Source of the DNA: Burkholderiales bacterium
GTDB taxonomy: Bacteria > Pseudomonadota > Gammaproteobacteria > Burkholderiales > SG8-39
Assembly (NCBI GenBank): GCA_046347635.1
Contig: JAXMFT010000005.1
Coordinates: 513 to 64,512 of the forward strand
Direction: 5' to 3'
DNA length: 64,000 nt
The notes under the pieces are model-generated. The model ran no database searches. It worked only from the letters and a program-made list of their open reading frames with translations, and was not told the origin of the DNA. Shown piece after piece: positions 38,224 to 46,720 of the stretch (positions are counted from its first letter, which is position 1; every line of letters starts with the position of its first letter). Position numbers and translations under genes: made by a program.

Positions 38224-39445
38224 TCATGTTACGTATGCATAGAACAGGTCGAAGTAGCCGAGACCGAGAAACGCACCCGAGGCCGCATACCCCCAAAGCC
38301 CGATCTGTAGTCCGCCTGCAAGCTCCTGCCCACTCCAGATGGGGCGCGTGCTGCCGCACGGTTCGGCTCTACCAGCTGGAGCGAAAAGAGCGTCACGATC
38401 AGAAGCAAAATGAAAAGACCGAGGCTCACGAATCCCATGGTCGTTGAGGAACGGGAAGTAAATGCTGTGCGCCGATCGCGCGACGTTTCCGAACTCGTCG
38501 TACGCACGGTCCGCGTAGCTCAGCCATACATCGTCCGGCAGATACTGATCCAGAACCTGCCGCCGGTCAGCGGGCGCTGCTTCGCCAGGTTCCACGACAC
38601 GCTTCCACGCCTGGATCCGCTGCATGGCTGAGCGGTCCTGGTCGCAGGTCTCGATCGCCTGGGCACAGCTCGTAGAGGGATTGCGGCGTAAACCAGTAGA
38701 GAAACCCCGCCGACACCGCCAACACGAAGACGGCCATCACCTTGCGCTTCGCCTGGAAGAGCATCAGGAATACGACGGCCGCGAGGCCAAGCATCGCGCC
38801 GCGGGAGTAGGTGAAGATCGTCGACAGCCCGGTGAGGATCGCCGCCGCGAACAGGCCGAGCCGAGCCCACTTGCGCTTCTCTTCGCGGGCGAGCGCGAAC
38901 AACACCGGCATCACCATAGTGAACGCGAGGCCGAGGCTGTTGTTGTCCTCGATGAACGAGCCCTCCGGACCGCGAACGGAGAAAACGCCTCCCGACCGCA
39001 GCGTGAAGATCCCTCCCTTCACCCCGTAGAACCCGATCGAGAGCGTGATCACCAGCAGCAGCGCGCGAATCCGCTCGCGCCCGTAGATCACGATCGTGGT
39101 CACGAACGTCATGAGCAGGATCTTCATGACCTGGTCCCACTTGACCCACGCCATCTGCGGAACCATCGCGAAGACCGACGTGATGGTGAAATCGATCGCC
39201 ATCAGCGCGAGGATCACCATCTCCGGCGTCCCCGGAATCATCTTCCGATCGCGCGACACGAGCAGCCCGAGCAGCGTCGCCACCCCCACGATCATCGCCA
39301 CCGGCATGGTCGACGCGAAGCTCCACGTCAGCCGGTGCGGGTTCATGAACCCGATCCACGACCACACCAGCACCCCCATCCACGGCCGCACGAAGCACAC
39401 CGGGATGAGCAGCGCGAACACACCAGTGAAAACGAGATCACGCAT
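38224..39445 (-). pseudogene. O-antigen-ligase-like protein of the exosortase-A-locus type; 5' two-thirds intact, 3' third broken by ~5 frame switches
   Basis: MRDLVFTGVFALLIPVCFVRPWMGVLVWSWIGFMNPH...TYSRGAMLGLAAVVFLML is intact to ~38700. Then AQAIETCDQDRSAMQRIQAWKR | SWNLAKQRPLTGGRF | ARSAHSIYFPFLNDHG | FVSLGLFILLLIVTLFSL | GLWGYAASGAFLGLGYFDLFYAYVT* alternate between frames. Confidence 0.75.
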
Positions 39446-40631
39446 GCGCGACCTCGCCCGACCGGACGAGCCCCGACATCACCGCCTCCAGCGCGCGCGC
39501 CTGCCGCGCCCAGCCGTACCGCGCCTCCACGGTCGCCCGCGCCGCCGCGGCCAGCGACTTCCGCCTGACGGGATTCTCCAGCAGCTCCACCACCGCCTCC
39601 GCGATCCCCGCCGGGTCGTCCCGCACGAGGATGTTCTCGCCCTCCCGCACCGCCAGCCCGCCGGTGCTCGCGCTCGTCGCCACCACCGCCTTCCCCATCG
39701 CCCACGCCTGCAGGATCTTGTTCTTGATCCCGGCGCCCTTGCGCAGCGGGCACACGAACACGGCCGCGCGGTCGAGATACGGCCGCACGTCGTCCACGAA
39801 CCCGGTCACCTCGACGTCCGCGCCCGCCAGCGCCGCCACCTCCGGCGCGGGGTTCTTGCCGACGATGCGGAACCGCACGCCGGGCACGCGCGCCCGGATC
39901 AGCGGCAGAACGCTGGACGCGAAGTACACCGCCGCGTCCGCGTTGGGCGGGAACGACATGTTCCCCTCGAACACCACGTCATGGTTCGACTCGCCGCCGC
40001 TCCCCGGCTTGAAGTGATCCGTGTCCACGCCGTTGTGCACCACGTGCGTCGGCGTCCCCGGCGACACCTTCGAGAAGAACGCCGCATCCACCTCCGACAC
40101 GAAGAGGCACGCGTCGGCCGGCCGAAAGTAGCGGCGCTCGAAGCGGTAGTTCATCAGCAGCCGCTTCAGCGTCCGCGCCGCCGCGCCGGGCGAGCGCGCG
40201 CGCTTCAGCTCGCGCACGTGCTCGAGCACGCCTTCGTCCACCGCGTCCATCAGCACGGGAAACTCGAACTCGGCGGGCAGGTTCACCACCATGTCCCAGC
40301 CCGAGATCCACACCAGGTCCCAGTCGGCCGCGCGCCCCTCGCGCGCGAGGAACGCCGCCACCGCGTCGCTGCGCGGGCAGAACTCGTCCAGCCGGAACGC
40401 GGCGAGGAGGCGCGACACGCCGCTCGCCGGCGCGCCCCGCGGCCGCGGAAAGGTCCGCACCGACCGGAACAGCGGCCGGATCGGCGCGGGCGCCGCGGCG
40501 CCGGGATCCGCGTAGCACAGCAGGTCGAACGCGTGCCGCGCGGCGAGCTCGCGCACGTAGTGGAAGATGCGCAGGTTCTGGCCGTTCTCCAGCGGGTAGG
40601 GAAAGCGGTCGCAGAGGACGAGGATCTTCAT
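39438..40631 (-). CDS. Glycosyltransferase (GT4-like, related to the PEP-CTERM/EpsH1-associated sugar transferases)
   Basis: 397-codon ORF. MKILVLCDRFPYPLENGQNLRIFHYVRELAARH...; CPLRKGAGIKNKILQAWAMGKAVVAT. Confidence 0.85.
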   Translation of the reverse strand: MKILVLCDRFPYPLENGQNLRIFHYVRELAARHAFDLLCYADPGAAAPAPIRPLFRSVRTFPRPRGAPASGVSRLLAAFRLDEFCPRSDAVAAFLAREGRAADWDLVWISGWDMVVNLPAEFEFPVLMDAVDEGVLEHVRELKRARSPGAAARTLKRLLMNYRFERRYFRPADACLFVSEVDAAFFSKVSPGTPTHVVHNGVDTDHFKPGSGGESNHDVVFEGNMSFPPNADAAVYFASSVLPLIRARVPGVRFRIVGKNPAPEVAALAGADVEVTGFVDDVRPYLDRAAVFVCPLRKGAGIKNKILQAWAMGKAVVATSASTGGLAVREGENILVRDDPAGIAEAVVELLENPVRRKSLAAAARATVEARYGWARQARALEAVMSGLVRSGEVAHA

Positions 40632-40764
40632 GGGCGCGGGGGGCCGGGGGACTGCCGAGCGGGCCGCAGCCGGCCCGCCGCTATCTTACCGACCGGTCCC
40701 CGCCCGACTGAAAAAATCTGTGCAGGCAGCGGGAATTGTCGGCGCGCGCCGACGCGCGCGCGCC

Positions 40765-41797
40765 CTAGCCGGTCCCCGCGGCGGGGCGCGTGGTCGCGAG
40801 CTCGGCCGACAGGCGCTCGACCAGGCGCCGGTGCAGGCGGTAGGCGACGAGCGCCTTCACCGGGCTGCGCGCGATGGTCATGTCGTACGCCCACAGCGCG
40901 CTCGCCGAGTACAGCCGGGCCCACGCGAGCGGCAGCAGCGGCAGCGGCCCCATCACCTTCGTGTACCCCGCGAGGAAGCGCGCGCCGAGCGCCGCGCGCC
41001 GCGCGCGCGCGCGCCACGCGCGCGGCAGCGCGCACTGCAGCTCGAGGCTGTTCAGGAACGGCGCGACGTCCTCCAGCACCGAGGTCACGTTGCGCAGCTG
41101 CGCGTCGATCCCGGCCGCGCCCCCGTCGCCGAACAGGATGTTGTCCGGCTTGAAGTCGCCGTGGATCCAGCTCCACGGGTGGGGCGCCGCGGCCGCGTCC
41201 GCGGCGTAGCGCTCGAGGAGCGCCACGGCGCGCACGAACGCCCCGTCGCGCGCGGTCTCCAGCCGCAGCGCGTCGGTCAGCCCCGCGAGCTTGCGCTCCG
41301 CGGGCAGCGCGCCCTGCCGAGCCCGGCCCGGCCGAGTGCAGCAGCGCGAGCCACCGCCCCGCCTCCTCGACGTGGCGCTCCAGCGTCGCCGCCGCGCGCG
41401 GAAAGCGCCGCAGGTCCGCGGTCAGCGACTCGCCCTCGACCCAGCTCATCACCACGAGCGAGGCCGCCTCGTCGAGGTGCACCGGGTCGGGCCGGCCGAA
41501 CGGCGCGCGCGCGTCGCGCGCGCGGTCGCGCAGCGCGCACAGCGCGTCGAACTGGATGCGCGCGGCCTCCGGGCTCGGCGCGCGCGTCCACGGGTCCACG
41601 CACACTTTCGCGGCCCAGCGCAGCGCCCCGCCGTCGGAGACCTCGTACACGCGCGAGTTGCGCGTGCGCGCGAGCGGCGTGCAGCGCAGGCGCGCCGGGT
41701 CGACCCCGGGCCGCAGGGCGGCGGCGAGGGCGAGGAGCCGCGCGCGCTCGGCGGACGGCCCGGCGTCGGCCGTGCTCAGGTCCGGCCGCGCGGCCAT
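40765..41797 (-). CDS. Protein-kinase-like (aminoglycoside/choline kinase fold) phosphotransferase; one apparent frameshift near 41315
   Basis: ATG 41797..41795 gives MAARPDLS...RVYEVSDGGALRWAAKV...LVVMSWVEGESL...EEAGRWLALLHSAGPG. The remainder is in the ORF 40765..41235 frame: PAERKLAGLTDAL...PHPWSWIHGDFKPDNILFGDGGAAGIDAQ (HxDxxxxN catalytic loop). Confidence 0.6.
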
Positions 41798-42064
41798 GGC
41801 GGAGGGGTGATGCGGGGGATCGGCGTCACGCCCGCGGAGGATAACCGCCCCGGCGCCGCAATCGCCGCCGGGCGCGCACGGGTGCGGCCCGGACACAAGA
41901 ATTGACGATGTGCCGCGTCCCGGCGCGGCGCGCTTTGCCGGTGCGGCGCATTGGGCGACAATCGCCCGCACGGACCCCTTTCGTCGCGCGCGCGGGCGGC
42001 GTGACATCCGCAACGGGGAACGCGCCCGCCCCTTCGTACAATCGCCCCAGCCGGATCGACCCCC

Positions 42065-42784
42065 ATGCGTTTCCGCTCCGCCGCCGCCCCGCTCCTCCGA
42101 TCGTTCGTCCGGCTGCTCGCCGGCGCGGGCCTCGCCGCCTGCGCCGCGGGCGCGCACGCGAACGGCTACCAGTACGGCGACCGCGGCCCGTACAGCTACT
42201 ACACCGCGGATCCCAACGAGCGCCTGCTCCTTGGCAGCGTGGAGGGCAACCACCTCAACCTGCTGCGCCAGAAGACGCGCCATCCCGACCCGTACCTCGT
42301 CTTCGGCGAGTGCGACTTCGTCCTCGGCAAGTTCCCCAACCACCCCGAGGCGCTCTACCTCTGCACCGAGCAGAGCGCGACGCGCGCGAAGAAGCCCGAG
42401 ATCGGCCAGCGCTACCTCGACCGCGCGGTGCAGCTCTTCCCCGACGACGCCTCCACCCAGGTGATCTACGGCATCTACCTGCAGCGCCTCGGCAAGACGA
42501 AGCTCGCGGTGGAGAAGTACCGGCGCGCGCTCGAGCTCGACCCGGCCTCGCGCAACGCCCACTACAACCTCGGCCTCGCCTACCTCAGCCTCAAGGAGTA
42601 CGACCGCGCGAACGCGGAGGCGCAGCAGGCCTACGCGCTCGGCCACCCCTCCCCCGGCCTGCGCGAGGGCCTGAAGCGCGCCGGCAAGTGGCATCCGCTG
42701 CCCGCGCCGGCCAAGGCCGCCGAGCCGGCCGTCCCGCCGGCGGCGCCCGCGCCCGCCCCCGCCGAGGGCGCGGCGCAGAAGTGA
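42065..42784 (+). CDS. Secreted TPR-repeat protein
   Basis: 239-codon ORF. Signal peptide MRFRSAAAPLLRSFVRLLAGAGLAACAAGAHA; TPR-like LAVEKYRRALELDPASRNAHYNLGLAYLSLKEYDRANAEAQQAYALG; Pro/Ala-rich tail. Confidence 0.8.
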   Translation: MRFRSAAAPLLRSFVRLLAGAGLAACAAGAHANGYQYGDRGPYSYYTADPNERLLLGSVEGNHLNLLRQKTRHPDPYLVFGECDFVLGKFPNHPEALYLCTEQSATRAKKPEIGQRYLDRAVQLFPDDASTQVIYGIYLQRLGKTKLAVEKYRRALELDPASRNAHYNLGLAYLSLKEYDRANAEAQQAYALGHPSPGLREGLKRAGKWHPLPAPAKAAEPAVPPAAPAPAPAEGAAQK

Positions 42785-43923
42785 CCGCGCCGCGCGCGTC
42801 CTGGGTCACCGACCCGGCGGCCTTCGCCGCGCTCGCCCCGCGCTGGGACGCGCTGTGCGCGGCGTCCGCCCGCCCGAGCGTGTTCGCGAGCCACGCGTGG
42901 CTCGACAGCGCGTGGGCGTGGGCGCAGGCCTCGAGCGCCCCGCGCATCCTGCTCGTGGACGACGGCGCGGCCGCCGCCGCGCTCGCGCTCGCGCGCGAGC
43001 CGCTCGCCGGCCTGCCGTTCCGCACGCTGCAATGGCTGGAGGTCCCCGACGCGCAGGACTGCGACCTCGTGTGCGCGCCCGGCGCGGAGGTCGCGGCCGC
43101 GAGCGCGCTGCTCGACGCGCTGCTCGCCGAGCGCGGCGCGTGGGACAAGCTGCGCCTCGGCCGCCTCGACGACGACTCGGCGGTGCGCAGCGCGCTGCCG
43201 CCGCTGCTCGAGGCGCGCCGCGTCGCCTACCGGCTCGAGCAGGTGGACGCGAACCTCTACGTGGACCTCGCCGGCGACTGGGAGGGCTTCCAGGCCGCGC
43301 TCAGCCGCAGCTTCAAGAAGAAGCTCAACCTCGCGCGCAACCGGCTCGCGAAGCTCGGCGCGACGCGCGTGGCGAGCTACGGCGCGCCGGGCGGCGAGCT
43401 CGCGGCCGCGGACGCGTTCGCGGCGCTCACCGCGATCTCGGCGAAGAGCTGGAAGCAGGCCACCGGCACGACGCTCGACCAGCCGGGGCCGGCGGCGTTC
43501 GCCGCGCGCCTCGCGGCGCGCTTCGCGGGCTCGGGGCGGCTCCACGTTTGGCTCCTCTACCTCGACGAGCGCGTGGTCGCGACCGAGCTGCAGCTCGTGC
43601 AGGGGAAGAACGTGCACGCCCTGCGCTCGGACTTCGACCCCGAGCTCGAGGACGCCTCGCCGGGCACCAACCTCAGCGTGGAGATCCTGCGCCGCCTGTT
43701 CGCGTCCCACCAGGGCGGGCGCTACCTGATGGGGCCGGGCGCGAACGCGTACAAGCGGCGCTGGACCGACAAGGCGCTGCCGCTCTACGAGCTCACCGCG
43801 TACAGCCCGACGGCGCGCGGCCGCGCGCGCTACCTCCTCGAGCAGAAGCTGCGCCCGGCGGCGCGCCGCATCCGCGACCGGATGCACAAGCCGCAGCCCG
43901 CGGCGGTGGCGGAGACGGAGTGA
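42781..43923 (+). CDS. GNAT-fold acetyltransferase (CelD/BioF2-like, FemAB-related)
   Basis: GTG 42781 (GTGA overlap with TPR stop) in the frame of ORF 41902..43923. SVFASHAWLDSAWAW..., SFKKKLNLARNRLAKLG, LHVWLLYLDERVVATELQLVQGKNVHALRSDFDPELEDASPGTNL, ANAYKRRWTD. Confidence 0.8.
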   Translation: MTAPRASWVTDPAAFAALAPRWDALCAASARPSVFASHAWLDSAWAWAQASSAPRILLVDDGAAAAALALAREPLAGLPFRTLQWLEVPDAQDCDLVCAPGAEVAAASALLDALLAERGAWDKLRLGRLDDDSAVRSALPPLLEARRVAYRLEQVDANLYVDLAGDWEGFQAALSRSFKKKLNLARNRLAKLGATRVASYGAPGGELAAADAFAALTAISAKSWKQATGTTLDQPGPAAFAARLAARFAGSGRLHVWLLYLDERVVATELQLVQGKNVHALRSDFDPELEDASPGTNLSVEILRRLFASHQGGRYLMGPGANAYKRRWTDKALPLYELTAYSPTARGRARYLLEQKLRPAARRIRDRMHKPQPAAVAETE

Positions 43924-43927
43924 GCCG

Positions 43928-45749
43928 ATGAGCGGCGCGGCGGCGTTCGCCGGGTGGGTGGACCTCGACGCGCTGCGCGCGGCGCCCGCGCTGGACGCGC
44001 GCGTCGAGCGCGACGGCGCGGGCGTGCGAGTCACCGGCGCCGGCGTGGAGGCGCGCGCCGACGGCCACGCGGCCGACGTCGCGGCGGACGCGGACGCCGT
44101 CGTGGCGGCCCGCGGGCGCGCCGCGCTTCGACGCCGACCCGCCGGGCGCGGACGGCCCGGCCGCGCGCTGGCTGCGCGCCTACCGGGCGCACGGCGCCGA
44201 GTGCGTGCGCGCGGCGCGCGGCCCGTTCGCGGTGGTGATCGCGGACCGGCGCGCGGGATCGATCCTCGGCGCGACCGACCGCTTCGCGATCCGGCCCCTG
44301 TGCTACGCGGTCGAGGGCGCGCTTCGCCTTCTCCGACCGCGCGGACGCCGTCGCGCTGCGCGGCGAGCGCGCGCTCGACCCGCAGGCGCTCTTCGACTAC
44401 CTCTACTTCCACGTCATCCCGGCGCCGCGCACGATCTTCCGCGGCGTGAGCCGGCTCGAGCACGGCCACGCGGTGCGCTTCGACGGCGCGCGGGCGGCGG
44501 CCGCGGCGCACTGGACGCCGCGCTTCGCCGAGGACGGCCGCGCCACGGTGGCGGCGCTCGCGGACGAGTTCCGCGCGCTGGTGCGCGCGGCGGTGGCGCG
44601 CGAGGCCGGCGCGGGGCAGGCGGGCGCGTTCCTGAGCGGCGGCACCGACAGCTCCACCGTCGCCGGGATGCTCGGCGCGGTCGCCGGGCGGGCGCGCACC
44701 TACTCGATCGGCTTCGACGCGGAGGGCTACGACGAGATGGCCTACGCGCGCATCGCGGCGAAGCACTTCGGCACCGAGCACCACGAGTACTACGTGACGC
44801 CGGAGGACCTGGTGGGCGGCATCCCGCTCGTCGCGGCGCACTACGACCAGCCGTTCGGGAACTCCTCCGCGGTGCCGGCCTACTACTGCGCGCTGCGGGC
44901 GCGGGAGGACGGCGTGGCGCGCCTGCTCGCCGGGGACGGCGGGGACGAGCTCTTCGGCGGCAACGTGCGCTACGCGAAGCAGCGCGTCTTCGGCGCCTAC
45001 GAGGCGCTGCCCGGCGGGCTGCGGCGCGGGCTGGTCGAGCCGCTGGTGGACGGCCTGCCGGCGCTCGCGCGCGTGCCGCTCGCGCGCAAGGCGGCGAGCT
45101 ACGTGCGGCAGGCGCGCGTCGCCATGCCCGACCGCATCCAGAGCTACAACCTGCTCGAGCGGCTGGGCGTGGGCGAGGTGCTGACGGCGCGGTTCCTGGC
45201 GGACGTGGACGCGGGCGCGCCCTTGCGCCGCGCAGGGCGGCGCGCGTACGGCGCGAGCGGCGCGCGCACGCTCGTGAACCGCATGCTCGAGTACGACTGG
45301 AAGTACACCTGGCCGACAACGACCTGCCGAAGGTGACCGGCACCACCGCGCTCGCGGGGCTCGCGGTCGGCTTCCCGCTGCTCGCCGACGAGCTGGTGGA
45401 CTTCTCGCTGCGGCTGCCGCCGGAGCTCAAGCTGAAGGGGCTGCGGCTGCGCTACTTCTTCAAGGAGGCGCTGCGCGGCTTCCCGCCCGACGCGATCCTG
45501 GCCAAGAAGAAGCACGGCTTCGGCCTGCCGTTCGGCGTGTGGCTCACGCGCCACGCGGCGCTGCGCGAGTTCGCGCTGCAGGCGCTCGCGCGGTTCGGCG
45601 AGCGCGGGGTGGTGCGCGCCGACTTCCTCGCCTCGCTCGGCGGCGCGCGGCTGCGCGAGCGGCCGGGCTACTACGGCGAGATGATCTGGATCCTGGTCGC
45701 GCTCGAGCACTGGCTCGAGCGGCGGGCGACGGGGTTCGCGGTGCGCTAG
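43928..45749 (+). pseudogene. Asparagine-synthase-family paralogue lacking the N-terminal Cys nucleophile; three apparent frame switches (~44115, ~44320, ~45309)
   Basis: Starts MSGAAAFAGWV (no Cys2). Segments: ...AVVAARG | APRFDADPPGADGPAARWLRAYRAHGAECVRAARGPFAVVIADRRAGSILGATDRFAIRPLCYAVEG | RFAFSDRADAV...AFLSGGTDSSTVAGML (PP-loop)...NRMLEYDWKYT | LADNDLPKVTGTTALAGLAVGFPLL...HGFGLPFGVWL...VALEHWLERR*. Confidence 0.7.
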
Positions 45750-46710
45750 ACGCGAGCCGACGGCGCGCGCCGCAGGTCCTGCGCGAGCCGCAACCCCGCT
45801 TTCCACTCGGCCCGGTCCCACGGCGTAAGCGCGGCACCTGGAAAGGATCGTCGCCCGGCGCCGCGGCGCCCCAGGCCGTGGACACCGCGCCGTCGAAACC
45901 CAGCTCGCGCACCATCGCCACGTGCCCGGCCGCGTAGTCGGCGCCGGGCTTGCCGTTCGGATAGGCGAACAGCCCGACGCGCGCGCCGATGATCGCCTCG
46001 AGCCGCCGCCGCCCGCTCTCGATCTCGCCGCGCGCGGTCGCCGCGTCGGTGCGCGCGAGGATCGGGTGCGTCACGGTGTGCGCGCCGACCGTCATGCCCG
46101 ACCGGTGCAGCGCGGCCACCTGCTCGGCGCGCATCATCAGGTCGCGCGGCAGCGTCGCGCCCGCCGCCGCCGCGATGCGCGCCGCGAGCTCGCCGCGCTC
46201 GCCCGGCGGCCGCGGCTTGATGGCGCGCAGGATCGCGGCGATCGCCTGGCGGCGCTCCTCGTCGTTCCCGAGCGGGTGATTCCCGAGGCCCAGCGCGCCC
46301 AGGTCGAGCGCGTCGCCGCGCGCCTGCCGCACCGCCTCGATCACCACGTCGTTGAACATGATCCCGCCGTCGAGGAACCCGGTCGCGACGAAGAAGGTGG
46401 CCGGCAGCCCGAGCCGCGCGAGGATCGGCGCGGCGAGGTCGTGGTTGTCGCGGTAACCGTCGTCGAACGTGATCGCGAGCGGGCGCGCGGGCAGCCTCCC
46501 CGCCTGGAGCCCGGCGACCGCGTCGGCGAGCGGGAGCGCGTTGAAGTGCGCCTTCAGCCAGCGCAGGCGCGTCTCGAACTCGGCGGGGGTCGGCTCGCCC
46601 GGCCGCAGCGGGTCCGGCGCGGCCAGCACGCGATGGTAGATGAGCACCGTCAGGCGCGAACGCGCGCCGGCCGGGGCGAGCGCACCCAGCAGGAGACGCA
46701 TCGGGCTCAT
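45746..46710 (-). CDS. Polysaccharide deacetylase (NodB-fold) family protein; one apparent frameshift near 45826
   Basis: ORF 45544..46710 holds LTVLIYHRV...ITFDDGYRDNHDLAAPILARLGLPATFFVATGF...GAHTVTHPIL...FAYPNGK. The tail after DDPFQVPR turns Arg-rich, while another frame reads TPWDRAEWKAGLRLAQDLRRAPSARV* and stops at TAG 45748..45746, convergent with the AsnB-like stop. Confidence 0.75.
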
Positions 46711-46720
46711 CCCGCGCGCC

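Noticed and set aside
37955-38227. 90-codon minus-strand ORF, ATGA-coupled to the stop of the O-antigen-ligase-like gene
   Set aside because: It lies in the frame-scrambled cassette and has no motif I recognise and mixed third-position composition. Cannot distinguish a real small gene from a fragment.
11805-38700. Several disruptions come as compensating pairs or triplets that restore the original frame (giant gene, methyltransferases at 25365-25470 and 27310-27363, ligase-like gene 38340-38440); considered programmed recoding or compensatory evolution
   Set aside because: The out-of-frame stretches contain stop codons in the main frame and carry the conserved motifs in the alternative frame. 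Other genes show non-compensating series (e.g. 43928-45749, 30220-31458). No slippery heptamers or downstream pseudoknot-like signals were seen. This is consistent with random +/-1 indels.
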